DNA from: a virus
Length of the DNA: 64,000 nt
Strand: one strand, 5' to 3'
Virus record (IMG/VR): IMGVR_UViG_3300045988_132810
Span: 1-64,000 of that record
Under the pieces are notes generated by a model that was given only the letters and a program-made list of their open reading frames with translations, did not search any database and had not been told where the DNA came from. A program made the position numbers and the translations under genes. Of this stretch, positions 43,553 through 53,419 are shown one piece after another (the stretch's first letter is position 1; every line of letters starts with the position of its first letter).

Positions 43553-43577
43553 CAGCACAAAATTATTGTGATATAAT
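43549..43577 (+). promoter_or_regulatory. sigma-70-type promoter embedding a motif variant
   Basis: TTGACA-GCACAAAATTATTGTGA-TATAAT; the -35 overlaps the dnaE stop codon. Confidence 0.7.
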
Positions 43578-43610
43578 CGCATTACAAACTAGAAGAAGGA
43601 GTGATTCAAC

Positions 43611-43976
43611 ATGGATGAAAATGAAAACTATGAACAGCCAGAGAGCGTTGAAAGCGTAGAAGAAGCAGACGAGCAAGCACCGCCAGCATCTGAACTTGCA
43701 AACGACGAGCTCAAAGAAGCAATTACTACACAGATGAAGAAGGTACAGATGGCGGCTTTGCTCAGTGGCTCGAAAGCAATTTGTGGCGTTGTGCTTCAGT
43801 ACATCGCGGAGTTCAAGCGTCAACCGGGCAAGAAGTCGGCGAACGACTATAAGAGACTAATCAAGAAGATTGAACATTTTTGTTCAATTAGTCTGGGCAA
43901 GGACGTTAACGAGAATGGTGATATTGTTGATGTAAAGAAGGAAGAAGAAAACACTTCCGAACCAGAGCAGGATTAA
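43611..43976 (+). CDS. hypothetical acidic protein
   Basis: 121-aa ORF after AAGGAG. Confidence 0.55.
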   Translation: MDENENYEQPESVESVEEADEQAPPASELANDELKEAITTQMKKVQMAALLSGSKAICGVVLQYIAEFKRQPGKKSANDYKRLIKKIEHFCSISLGKDVNENGDIVDVKKEEENTSEPEQD

Positions 43977-43992
43977 CAATACAAAATTATTG
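43977..43992 (+). promoter_or_regulatory. conserved intergenic motif copy (CAATACAAAATTATTG)
   Basis: Starts right after the upstream stop; 9 nt upstream of ATG 44002. Confidence 0.6.
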
Positions 43993-44001
43993 GAGGCAAC
44001 T

Positions 44002-44592
44002 ATGCAGAAGTTTACTGTTGCTCTAGATTGTGATGAGGTACTTAATAATCTCATTGAGAAAACTCTAGAGCTATATAACACGAGACATGACACAGAACTA
44101 ACGACAGAGATTTTCACGCAATATGACTTTTACAAATGCCTTCCATTTGAAGTAGCTGAGGAACTAACTTCTATTTTTATGGAGAAAGAGCTGTGGGATT
44201 CACTATCCCCAGCTCCTGATTCTCAGTGGGGTGTTAAGAAGCTAATTGATAATGGGTATGATGTCTACGTTGCAACAGCAACGCATTACTCAAATTTTGC
44301 GTGGAAAGTTGATTGGTTCGCTAATAACTTCCCATTTATTGACCAGAAACATATTATCTGTATTCAAAACAAGTCGCTATTGCATGTAGATGTACTTGTT
44401 GATGATTGTGCAGAGAATTTAATGGCTACAAATTATGCGGTTGATAGAGTGCTTCTTGACAAGCCATGGAATCGAAACGTACATGATGATGTGTATGGAA
44501 TTTACAGAGCTAATAACTGGGAAGAAATTGTAGATTATGTGAATGAACTATATAAAGAAAACCAAGGGCTTTATTTGATGGAGGGATGCTAA
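44002..44592 (+). CDS. 5'(3')-deoxyribonucleotidase (HAD family)
   Basis: ATG 44002 after GGAGG; VALDCDEVLNN (DxDxV HAD motif I). Confidence 0.6.
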   Translation: MQKFTVALDCDEVLNNLIEKTLELYNTRHDTELTTEIFTQYDFYKCLPFEVAEELTSIFMEKELWDSLSPAPDSQWGVKKLIDNGYDVYVATATHYSNFAWKVDWFANNFPFIDQKHIICIQNKSLLHVDVLVDDCAENLMATNYAVDRVLLDKPWNRNVHDDVYGIYRANNWEEIVDYVNELYKENQGLYLMEGC

Positions 44593-45837
44593 TTGATTGT
44601 AACTAAGCGTGATGGACGAAAGGTAGAATTTGATAAAACAAAGATCGAGAACGCTATTTTAAAAGCACATAAAAGTATTTACCATGGAGAGAATTTTGAA
44701 GATATTCAAGATTTTGCTGCAAAAGTTGCTTTCGATATCGAGTCAAGCAATTCTGCTTCTGAACTTTCCGTTGAAGACATTCAGGATATGGTTGAACGAA
44801 AGCTAATGGCGTCTCGGTTCAAAACAACTGCCAGAGCATATGTAAATTATCGTTTCTTGCATGAAATGGCGAGAAATCAATATCAAGAGCTAATGCAGAC
44901 CGTGTCAGAAAAGCTAACAGCGAATAATATCCAAAACCAAAATGCAAATGTTGACGAAGCTTCATTTGGTGGCCGTATTGGAGAGGCGAGCGATGTTGTG
45001 ACAAGACGTTATGCTCTAGAATACCTTGTCTCACCAATGGCAAAGGCCAACCATGAGAATAATGAGGTTTACATTCATGACCTTAATGCTTATGCGGTTG
45101 GTTCTCATAACTGTCTTAGCATTCCGTTCGACGATCTGCTTGCGAATGGATTCAATACTAGACAGACGGATGTGCGTCCTGCACAAAGTATTAATACGGC
45201 ATTTCAGCTTGTTGCGGTTATCTTTCAACTTCAGAGCTTACAACAGTTTGGCGGCGTAAGTGCTACGCATTTAGACTGGACGATGGTTCCTTATGTAAGA
45301 AAGAGCTTTTATAAGCACTTTAAGGATGGGGTCAAATATTGCCTACGAGATGAATGGGACGAACATTGGGACAGCGACTTTAATGATTCTCGTCCGATTG
45401 ACTGGGATGAATATAAAAACTATCCAGAGGCATATGAGTATGCACTGGATATGACAACAAAGGAAATTTATCAGGCCGTTGAGGGAATGTACCACAATTT
45501 AAATACACTTCAAAGTCGTTCTGGAAATCAGCTCCCATTTACATCAATTAATTATGGTACTTGTACGCTTCCAGAAGGACGTATGGTAACTAAAGCACTA
45601 CTTGATGTTTCTATCAAAGGCATTGGCAAACTTCATCGCACTAGTATTTTCCCATGTGGAATCTTTCAGTGCATGAAGGGAGTAAACCGCAAGCCAGAAG
45701 ATCCGAATTATGATCTATTCCAGTTGGCTCTAAAGTCTACAAGTCTTAGACTTTATCCTAATTATGCCAATGTAGATTGGAGTAATAATGCTGGATATGA
45801 CATTAATGATCCAAGAACGTACTTCAGTACCATGGGT
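44593..45837 (+). CDS. nrdD: anaerobic ribonucleoside-triphosphate reductase, exon 1
   Basis: TTG start; ATP-cone VTKRDGRKVEFDKTKIENAI; exon ends ..YFSTMG. Confidence 0.85.
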
Positions 45838-46167
45838 AAGCGTAAACTTATAGCTCATGTAAAACCTTTTGAACCTCGCCAGAGGGTGTCTAATTTAGGC
45901 TAACGGTTAGGACTCTACGAGTTGAGACCGTGCTAAGTAATTAAGAATAGATTATTTCAGGGCAATGGATGGTGATATGTGCGACAATTTATAAAATAAC
46001 TATTCTTAATTAAAAGTGTATCGACTATCCCTGATGAATGTATGGGAGTAGGGGCAGAGATTGGCGCTGCCGTTGTTTTAGGAAACGAAGCAACTGAGAA
46101 CCGAAGCGGAAGGCTATCGAAAGATAGAAGATATAGTCAGTGCAGATGGCAACATCTGATAAACACG
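45838..46167 (+). mobile_element. ORF-less group I intron (330 nt) in nrdD
   Basis: Exon 1 ends in T (ATGGGT) and the intron ends in G (AACACG). Joining gives ..STMG-CRTANGY.. (MGCR block of class III RNRs). S-like AAGATATAGTC at 46128-46138. Confidence 0.75.
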
Positions 46168-47166
46168 TGTAGAACAGCAAATGGATATGACATTAATGGT
46201 TTTGGTCAGCTAAAAGACGGTAGAGGAAATATCTGCCCTGTGACAATCATTATGCCAACATTGGCAATGGAAGCAAAAGAAGCTGCTCTCAAAAATTCAG
46301 AGCCTTTTGAAGAAGATTTAGAAGGATTGGCCGTTGATAATTTCATGAAACTTTTGAATGAAAAAATCAATGAAGCAAAAGATATGCTTCTTGAACGTTT
46401 TGATTGGATTTGTTCTCAATCTCCAGAAGCGGCAAAGTTTATGTATGAAAATAATGTTATGGCTGGATATGTACCAGAAGAAGGTATTCGTTCTGCTTTA
46501 AAACATGGAACTTTAGCACTAGGCCAATTAGGTTTAGCCGAAACACTGCAAATTCTCATTGGTTGTGATCATACAGAGCCAGAGGGAATGAAATTGGCAA
46601 AGCACATTGAGCAACTATTCAAAGATAGATGTGCAGAGTTTAAGCAAGAATATCATCTCAACTTTGGTGTATATTATACACCTGCAGAGAATCTTTGTTA
46701 CACTGCTATGCAGAAATTTAAAATGAAGTATGGAGAAATTCCTAATGTGTCTGACAAAGACTTCTTTACTAATTCAATTCATGTTCCTGTTTGGAAAGAA
46801 GTAAATCCATTTGAGAAGATTGATATTGAATCACAGCTAACAGGATATTCAAATGCAGGATGCATTACTTATGTTGAATTAGACTCTGGAGCAAAAAACA
46901 ATGTTAAAGCTCTTGAAACAATTGTAAATTATGCGATGAATAAAGATATACCTTATTTTGCTTTGAATGTCCCAAACGACCAGTGTATGAACTGTGGATA
47001 TTGCGATGAAATGAACGATGTTTGCCCAATGTGCAACAGTAATGATATTAAAAGGTTGCGTCGTGTAACCGGATATTTGACAAATGATTACAAAACTGCA
47101 TTTAATAAGGGCAAGCAACAAGAAGTTGAAATGCGTGTTAAACACGACAAAATTATTAGTAGGTGA
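46168..47166 (+). CDS. nrdD: anaerobic ribonucleoside-triphosphate reductase, exon 2
   Basis: In frame after splicing; C-terminal zinc cluster CMNCGY..CPMC and glycyl-radical motif RRVTGYL. Confidence 0.85.
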   Translation, partial: CRTANGYDINGFGQLKDGRGNICPVTIIMPTLAMEAKEAALKNSEPFEEDLEGLAVDNFMKLLNEKINEAKDMLLERFDWICSQSPEAAKFMYENNVMAGYVPEEGIRSALKHGTLALGQLGLAETLQILIGCDHTEPEGMKLAKHIEQLFKDRCAEFKQEYHLNFGVYYTPAENLCYTAMQKFKMKYGEIPNVSDKDFFTNSIHVPVWKEVNPFEKIDIESQLTGYSNAGCITYVELDSGAKNNVKALETIVNYAMNKDIPYFALNVPNDQCMNCGYCDEMNDVCPMCNSNDIKRLRRVTGYLTNDYKTAFNKGKQQEVEMRVKHDKIISR

Positions 47167-47171
47167 TTCAT

Positions 47172-47711
47172 ATGAATTATTTAGGAATCAATAAATGCTC
47201 AATCGCAGACGGCCCCGGAGTACGAGTAGTACTCTGGGTGTCTGGATGTAATGTACATTGTAATAATTGTCAAAACCCTCAGTCATGGGATTTTAATGCG
47301 GGCGAACAATTTGATGATCTTGCGAAGCAAAAGCTGTTTGACGCATTAAATAAGCCATGGGTACAAGGTTTAACATTATCTGGTGGCCATCCTTTAGAAT
47401 ATGAAAATCTGCAAGAAGTATATTGTATCATTAATGAATTTAGAGAGAAATTTCAAGACAAAGATATCTGGCTATATACCGGATACACATTAACAATCAA
47501 TGACTTTGATACATCGGTTGATGTTTGTTTCGACAATAGTCTATTGACAAATTACATTCTTGCAATGTGCGATGTTGTAGTTGATGGCCCATATATAGAT
47601 TCTATGCGAGATATTACATTACCATTTCGTGGGAGCACAAATCAGCGTCTTATTGACGTTCATGAGACAATCAAACAACAAGAGATTGTTTTATACAATA
47701 CAAAACTATAA
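47172..47711 (+). CDS. nrdG: anaerobic RNR activating enzyme (radical SAM)
   Basis: ATG 47172; GPGVRVVLWVSGCNVHCNNCQNP (CxxxCxxC). Confidence 0.85.
   Translation: MNYLGINKCSIADGPGVRVVLWVSGCNVHCNNCQNPQSWDFNAGEQFDDLAKQKLFDALNKPWVQGLTLSGGHPLEYENLQEVYCIINEFREKFQDKDIWLYTGYTLTINDFDTSVDVCFDNSLLTNYILAMCDVVVDGPYIDSMRDITLPFRGSTNQRLIDVHETIKQQEIVLYNTKL
47696..47711 (+). promoter_or_regulatory. conserved motif copy, variant (CAATACAAAACTATAA)
   Basis: Overlaps the last codons of nrdG; 17 nt upstream of ATG 47729. Confidence 0.45.
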
Positions 47712-47728
47712 TAAAGGAGTAATGAATA

Positions 47729-48031
47729 ATGGGTGATATTACAAGAGAGAAGACAATTGAAGAACTAGAAGAGGAACTTAAGACAGCATCTGAAGAATAC
47801 AAGAGACTTAGCTCACTAGTTAAGCAGAAGAAGGATGCTGAAGAGGAAGAGAGAAATAAAAAGATCGAGGCTGCAAAGAAGAATCGTGCAGCAACTATTG
47901 AAAAAATGCTAACAGATGTAGATAATGAGATCAAGAAATATCTTGAGGATTATGGCACTTTCCGCATCAATAAGAGCTTCTATTATCTAAATTATATTTT
48001 TAACGGCAAGAGTCCAATTTGGTTTTGGTAA
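47729..48031 (+). CDS. hypothetical coiled-coil protein
   Basis: 100-aa ORF after AAGGAG. Confidence 0.55.
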   Translation: MGDITREKTIEELEEELKTASEEYKRLSSLVKQKKDAEEEERNKKIEAAKKNRAATIEKMLTDVDNEIKKYLEDYGTFRINKSFYYLNYIFNGKSPIWFW

Positions 48032-48045
48032 TGGAGGGCTTGCTT

Positions 48046-48537
48046 ATGAACGCACATATTAAGTTTGCAAAGACAAGACCAGATGCAAAGATCCCTAGTA
48101 AGCGGCAAGGGGATGGATGCTATGATCTTTATGTTTGCTTCGATGAAGAATTTGTTGTGATTCAGCCTCATACAGTCAAGCTAGTTCCAACAGGAATCTG
48201 TAGCACTTTTGATAGCAATTACCGCATTGGGTTTAGAGAACGCGGAAGTAATACAAAGTCCGCAATGTTCGTTATGGCTGGACAGATTGATTCTAACTTT
48301 ACAGGAGAGTGGTTTGTAGCGCTCTATAATGGCAATGACATTCCTATCGAAATTACCAAAAATGTTTCAGAAGTTACAAAGGAAGAAGATTTCATTCGTG
48401 TTCCATATAGCAAGGCTGTTGCACAGTTTGCTGTAGAAGAAGTGCCGCAGGTTGAGATCGAAGAAGTCGATGTAGACGATATTACCAATCTCAAGACTGA
48501 GCGCGGCGCAGGAATGCTTGGGAGTAGTAATAAGTGA
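48046..48537 (+). CDS. dut: dUTP diphosphatase
   Basis: ATG 48046; PSKRQGDGCYDL, RERGSN, GQIDSNFTGEW, and terminal ERGAGMLGSS resemble trimeric dUTPase motifs. Confidence 0.75.
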   Translation: MNAHIKFAKTRPDAKIPSKRQGDGCYDLYVCFDEEFVVIQPHTVKLVPTGICSTFDSNYRIGFRERGSNTKSAMFVMAGQIDSNFTGEWFVALYNGNDIPIEITKNVSEVTKEEDFIRVPYSKAVAQFAVEEVPQVEIEEVDVDDITNLKTERGAGMLGSSNK

Positions 48538-48578
48538 ATATTGGACAAATAATGACCGAGAAGATAAGGAGAGGTAAT

Positions 48579-49172
48579 ATGAAGAAAAAGCCACTAGGAT
48601 ATCTTGGAGGAGATATAATGAGCTTCGGCTCAAATCTTGCAAGGCAGTATGAATATGATAAGTTTCTTAAAATGGGTCTGCCTGTGGAAGTATACAGCCC
48701 TGTAATGAATAAATCTATTAATGATAAATCTAATATGACAGAAGAAGAAAACAATCACCTTGCAGAAAAGATTACAGAAGCAGATATTGACCGTCTTTGG
48801 AATAGTGATTTTGTCGTTATGTGCCCTGAACAAAGTGCAATTGGTTCAATGTGTGAGACTGGTTGCCTATTCGGTTGGAAGTATATGGCAGACAAGCTTA
48901 CAGAGATCATCACAGAATGCGAAAATAATCACGCCCCATCTGAAGGGGCACTAGCTTGTCTAAAGAGAGAAATTAATCGTATTGCCGATAAACAAAATTA
49001 TTTTCATTACTTTGATATTCGCACAAATCATCTTAATGAAAAGGATTGGCGTAGAAGTTTCAGTATTAATCAATTGCTATATGGCATGATCCTTTATGCA
49101 GCTAAAAATGGCGATTTCGAAACATTTGATGAAATATTAGAGCATTTGGAGGGATTATATGGGAACAAGTAA
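48579..49172 (+). CDS. nucleoside 2-deoxyribosyltransferase-like protein
   Basis: ATG 48579; YLGGDIMSFGSNLARQYE..L..G..VYSP resembles the N-terminal pattern of that family; weak call. Confidence 0.4.
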   Translation: MKKKPLGYLGGDIMSFGSNLARQYEYDKFLKMGLPVEVYSPVMNKSINDKSNMTEEENNHLAEKITEADIDRLWNSDFVVMCPEQSAIGSMCETGCLFGWKYMADKLTEIITECENNHAPSEGALACLKREINRIADKQNYFHYFDIRTNHLNEKDWRRSFSINQLLYGMILYAAKNGDFETFDEILEHLEGLYGNK

Positions 49173-49173
49173 T

Positions 49174-50412
49174 ATGATTTATGGAATTGGCGACAAGCCG
49201 CCGTTTGGGAAAATGATACTCTTTGGAGTACAAATGGTGTTGTCTGTGTTCGTTGCCACAGTGCTTATTGCAAACATTTGTGGAATTGCTACGTCTGGAG
49301 CACTTATAGGAGCAGCACTTTCAACTTTTATTTACATCTTTATAACTAAAGGCCAATCTCCTATGTTCCTAAGTAACAGCGGAGCCTTCGTCGCACCAGT
49401 ATTGTTTGCACTTAGTATAGGTGGTTATACTGGTATAGCAATTGGAGGTTTAACGGCATGTATTGTATATTGTATTTTGGGATTCATCTTCACTAAAATT
49501 CCATACCAATCAATTTACAAGGTGTTCCCTCCAGCTCTTATTGGCGCTGTCACAACAGTAATTGGAGTGAATCTAATGGGATTCATTTCTGGCTATGTTG
49601 GAGAAACTGGACAGTGGGGAATCGTTGTGGCACTAATTACAACATTCTCTATTGCACTTATTTCTCATTATGCTAAAGGTATTGTGAGAATACTGCCATT
49701 TTTGCTTGGTATATTAATTGGATATGCAATCGCCGTACTCCTTACAGTTACAGGAGTATGTGCCCTTGTAGACTTTTCCGTATTTAATAATCTTAAATTT
49801 GTACAAATGCCAGATTTTGCTTTTACTCATTGGGGAGCAATTGAATGGAGTACTATTATCCCTATAGCTGTTATGTTTATAGCATATACTGTGTCTGCTT
49901 GTATGGAAGCTCTTAGTGACCATGCAGCACTAGGCGGAATTATCGGAATAGATCTTTATTCAAAGCCCGGACTTGGGAGAATCTTCTTTGGTGAAGGACT
50001 AGGCAATTTAATTAGTGCATGCTTTGGCGGTCTTGGCTCATGTAGTTACGGAGAAAGTGTGGCGACGATTGGATTCAGTCGTGTAGCATCTGTATGTGTA
50101 ACAGCAACCGCAGCAGTTCTACTCGGACTACTTGGTTTTGTTGCTCCAGTTCAAGCATTTATCGCTTCAATTCCAAGCTGTGTATTTGCAGGAGCGGCTA
50201 TTATTCTTTATGGCTTTATCGCATGTTCTGGTGTTAAGATGCTACAGAAAGTAAATCTTAATGTACAGAAGAATCTGATTATAGTATCTGCAGTTTTGTC
50301 TCTTGGCATCAGTGGGCTAGTTGTTGGTGGTAAAATAATATCATTCTCTGCAACTGCACTAGCTTTGATTGTCGGCGTAATTCTTAATCTAATTCTTCGT
50401 GACAAGGAGTGA
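49174..50412 (+). CDS. nucleobase (uracil/xanthine-type, NCS2 family) permease
   Basis: About 12 hydrophobic segments; FGVQMVLSVFVATVLIA resembles the NCS2 QHxLAMFGATVLVP block. Confidence 0.6.
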   Translation: MIYGIGDKPPFGKMILFGVQMVLSVFVATVLIANICGIATSGALIGAALSTFIYIFITKGQSPMFLSNSGAFVAPVLFALSIGGYTGIAIGGLTACIVYCILGFIFTKIPYQSIYKVFPPALIGAVTTVIGVNLMGFISGYVGETGQWGIVVALITTFSIALISHYAKGIVRILPFLLGILIGYAIAVLLTVTGVCALVDFSVFNNLKFVQMPDFAFTHWGAIEWSTIIPIAVMFIAYTVSACMEALSDHAALGGIIGIDLYSKPGLGRIFFGEGLGNLISACFGGLGSCSYGESVATIGFSRVASVCVTATAAVLLGLLGFVAPVQAFIASIPSCVFAGAAIILYGFIACSGVKMLQKVNLNVQKNLIIVSAVLSLGISGLVVGGKIISFSATALALIVGVILNLILRDKE

Positions 50413-50417
50413 CAAAT

Positions 50418-50966
50418 ATGCACACAATTTTCCTAATTGTTGGCAAGAGTGGGTCTGGAAAAGACTCACTCGTTAACCAGCTATGTAAAGAACATGGATA
50501 TAGACAGCTTAAATCATATGCAACCCGCGCTCGTAGAGATGGAGAGGGAGATACTCATACATTTATTACACCAGAGGAAGTAGCTCAGTATAAAGATCAA
50601 ATGGTTGCTTATACGTGCATCTCTGGTTATGAATATTTCTCAACAAAGCAGCAATTACTAGATTCAGATTTTTATGTAATCGACTATAGAGGGATCGAGT
50701 ATATGCACAATCTCTCGCTTGATCTTTCTGATGTTCGATTCGTAACTATCTATATTCACGTACCAGATGAAGTTCGTGAAGAACGAGCCATTAATGGACG
50801 AAAAGATGATGCACTAACCTTCTATAAACGTTGTTTTAATGAAAATGAACAGTTCACAGAAATGATAATGAGAGATGATTTTGATTACGCAATTTCAAAT
50901 ATTAATTTTGATAAAGCATACAAGGTTCTTAAAACAATTGTAGAGGAGGAGCTAAAAAATGATTAA
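50418..50966 (+). CDS. P-loop nucleoside/nucleotide kinase (guanylate-kinase-like)
   Basis: ATG 50418; IVGKSGSGKDSLVNQL Walker A. Confidence 0.5.
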   Translation: MHTIFLIVGKSGSGKDSLVNQLCKEHGYRQLKSYATRARRDGEGDTHTFITPEEVAQYKDQMVAYTCISGYEYFSTKQQLLDSDFYVIDYRGIEYMHNLSLDLSDVRFVTIYIHVPDEVREERAINGRKDDALTFYKRCFNENEQFTEMIMRDDFDYAISNINFDKAYKVLKTIVEEELKND

Positions 50967-51168
50967 ACGCAATATTGTAGAAACTATTTATGAATATGAC
51001 AAAGACGGCAAGTTGACGAGAAAGTCCGTCACAGAAACGCATGAGACAGATGACGAAACGAGATATCCTCTTACCAATTCTATGCTCACAACTTTATACA
51101 ACAATTGCACCACAACGACTTCGTGTGAATGCCAAGACAAGTGTGGTTCTTGTAATGATGATTTTTGA
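50959..51168 (+). CDS. hypothetical protein
   Basis: 69-aa ORF. Confidence 0.45.
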   Translation: MIKRNIVETIYEYDKDGKLTRKSVTETHETDDETRYPLTNSMLTTLYNNCTTTTSCECQDKCGSCNDDF

Positions 51169-51207
51169 TTATAAAGTGCATATAAATATACAAAATTAAA
51201 TAACAAC

Positions 51208-51247
51208 ATGTCGGTAGTGTAATCTTGCATTACCGACATATTTATTT
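51208..51247 (+). terminator. rho-independent terminator ending the long plus-strand gene block
   Basis: ATGTCGGTA/TACCGACAT 9-bp stem followed by ATTTATTTAT. Confidence 0.65.
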
Positions 51248-51304
51248 ATCAAAAATGCAATGATATAATGTAAAATAGAGCAAATATGATAGGAGAGTGA
51301 TAAT

Positions 51305-51499
51305 ATGAAATACATAACAGTAAAACAGTTATATGAAAAATTAAACGCAGAGCATCCGGGATTAATAGGAATTAATAGTGTTTACGAACTTGTCAAACGT
51401 AAAGATTTCCCATCAGTAAGAAACGGACGAAAATTTCTTATTATTGAGGACAAAGTTGATGAATGGTTTGAAAAGAAAAGTTTAGCTTATAAAAGATAG
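51305..51499 (+). CDS. excisionase-family-like helix-turn-helix DNA-binding protein
   Basis: 64 aa; ITVKQLYEKL...SVYELVKRKDFPSVRNGRKFLI pattern; located upstream of the integrase. Confidence 0.55.
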   Translation: MKYITVKQLYEKLNAEHPGLIGINSVYELVKRKDFPSVRNGRKFLIIEDKVDEWFEKKSLAYKR

Positions 51500-51515
51500 A
51501 TAAACTATATTGAAT

Positions 51516-51826
51516 TGTGGTCAAAAGATGTGGTACAATAAAATTGTGGTAAATGATGTGGTCATTCAGCAAAAACATATCACTTAAATCTAGGAGAATC
51601 AATGACTTGAGTTGTTTTTATTTATGGACACTTATGATTCATATAGCCTGAGAAACAGCCATAAAAACATAATAGAACAGCTATTCACAAACACAAGTCT
51701 AAAGCATTGGAGCTAGAATATATGCTGGTTTAAGCTTGCTTTGGAAGAAAATTGTATTCACTCGATATCACCAATAATCTTGTACTGTTATGATAAATAA
51801 TCAAAAAATTGTGGTATTATTGTGGT
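51516..51826. repeat. two clusters of TGTGGT(A/C) direct repeats (candidate integrase arm-type sites / attP region)
   Basis: TGTGGT at 51516, 51529, 51545 and 51557, then again at 51810 and 51821 (plus TGTGAA at 51832), flanking about 250 bp. Confidence 0.5.
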
Positions 51827-51889
51827 ACGATTGTGAATAAAAATTGCCATTGACCATATTGTTTTCATCAAATATAATAATGATATGAA

Positions 51890-51905
51890 CTATAATTTTG
51901 TATTG
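51890..51905 (-). promoter_or_regulatory. conserved motif copy in reverse orientation
   Basis: CTATAATTTTGTATTG is the reverse complement of CAATACAAAATTATAG; 24 nt upstream of integrase ATG 51929. Confidence 0.5.
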
Positions 51906-51928
51906 TTAGAAAATGGAGGAATATATTT

Positions 51929-53071
51929 ATGGCAAAGAAAAGAAGTAATGGGGAAGGATCGTGGACGCAAAGAGACAATGGCACTTGGAAATTGTCTGTA
52001 GCTTATAAAGGAATAGGAAGAAAATATTTTTACGGGGACAAGCAAACTTGTTTAAAGAAAAAACGTGAATTTGAAGTATTACTTAATAAAAATATCGTTG
52101 GGAATAAGGATATATTATTTGAAGATTTTATTCATTCTTGGCTTTTCACAGTCAAACAGCCAACATTGAAACCTTCATCATTTGATAGAATGGAACGTGT
52201 ATTAAAAGAAAAACATGTGACAAGATTATATAATTTAGAAATGAAACAAATAGATGGACATTTAATTCAAACTTTTATTATTAATAAAATGAAAGACGAT
52301 GGGCTCGCATATGAAACAATTAAGAAAACATGTTCTGTATTAGGAGAAATATTCAATTATGCATTACTACGAGAAAAGATTGATAGAAACCCGATGGGGG
52401 AAGTTAGACTACCAAAAAAGTCGCTATTTGTACAAAAAGAAAGAAGATATTTGTCTCAACAAGAAAGAGAAAAATTAATACAAACATGCTATTCTAGGCA
52501 TAAAAATGGAGTGCGTATTTATAAGAATGGCGCTTTGTATGTATTTTTACTATATACTGGATGCAGAGTTGGAGAAGCTTTAGCTTTAAGGTGGAGCGAC
52601 ATTGATTTTGAAACGCGTACTGCGAAAATTTATAAAACTGTCGCTCGTATCAATGACAGAAGCAAGAGTAAAAATAAGACCATTGAAATTGTATCCAATT
52701 CTACAAAAACAGGAGTCGCAAGAACTATTTATTTGTCAGACATGGCAATTGCTGCGTTAAGAGATCTGCAAGAGCAGATTGGATGGGAGCCAAACGGATA
52801 CATTGTCCATGTGAATCATACAAAACCAATTTGTAAAGTCGCTGCACAAAACACATTTGATCGTATTATTAATAGAGCAGGAATAAAGCATTGTGGAGTC
52901 CACGCACTTAGGCACTCTTTTGTGAGCTTAATGTTACACAACAATGTCCCGATAACAATGATATCTCAAATGGTTGGGCATTTAAATATAAATATGACAA
53001 TGCAGGTCTATTCTCATTTGCTAGACGAAACTAAAATTGAGTCTATGTCAATTATAAAAAACATTAAATAA
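51929..53071 (+). CDS. site-specific tyrosine integrase
   Basis: 380 aa; YTGCRVGEALAL (Arg), HALRHSFVS (His-x-x-Arg), MQVYSH (Tyr). Confidence 0.85.
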   Translation: MAKKRSNGEGSWTQRDNGTWKLSVAYKGIGRKYFYGDKQTCLKKKREFEVLLNKNIVGNKDILFEDFIHSWLFTVKQPTLKPSSFDRMERVLKEKHVTRLYNLEMKQIDGHLIQTFIINKMKDDGLAYETIKKTCSVLGEIFNYALLREKIDRNPMGEVRLPKKSLFVQKERRYLSQQEREKLIQTCYSRHKNGVRIYKNGALYVFLLYTGCRVGEALALRWSDIDFETRTAKIYKTVARINDRSKSKNKTIEIVSNSTKTGVARTIYLSDMAIAALRDLQEQIGWEPNGYIVHVNHTKPICKVAAQNTFDRIINRAGIKHCGVHALRHSFVSLMLHNNVPITMISQMVGHLNINMTMQVYSHLLDETKIESMSIIKNIK

Positions 53072-53228
53072 CAGGATGTTCTTTATAATTGACATTAACT
53101 CCACTCCCCTACTGCCAACTTCAAAAAGGTGCCATCACTTTGTCAATTTTACCCCTAGTTTTTGCTATAAGGGTGATTGCACTTTTTAACGAAAAATGTT
53201 ATGATATTCATATAAAGGTGGTGTGAAT

Positions 53229-53390
53229 ATGACATGCAAACCGGGAACAAAATCCATTACATTTAGGCTTCCAGAAGAAGAAAAATTCCAAATAGAGCTT
53301 GCAGCTCACGCAGAGAATAGGTCAGTGAATAATTGGATACTAAATGTGATTAGAATTCATTTAAAAGCGCAGCAGGGCGCAAAAAAATAG
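53229..53390 (+). CDS. 53-aa ribbon-helix-helix (Arc/CopG-like) protein
   Basis: ATG 53229 after AAAGGTGG; KSITFRLPEEEKFQIELAAHAENRSVNNWILNVI fits a beta-strand plus two-helix RHH pattern. Confidence 0.5.
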   Translation: MTCKPGTKSITFRLPEEEKFQIELAAHAENRSVNNWILNVIRIHLKAQQGAKK

Positions 53391-53419
53391 GGACTAGAGA
53401 TTTTATTCTCTAGTCCCTA
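53391..53419. terminator. bidirectional terminator between convergent modules
   Basis: GGGACTAGAGA-TTTTAT-TCTCTAGTCCC perfect 11-bp hairpin between the plus-strand and minus-strand gene ends. Confidence 0.75.

Noticed and set aside
51186-51200. ATATACAAAATTAAA as a further copy of the conserved motif
   Set aside because: It matches only the ACAAAATTA core and lacks both flanks. It sits before a terminator, not a gene start, so it was not counted as a confident copy.
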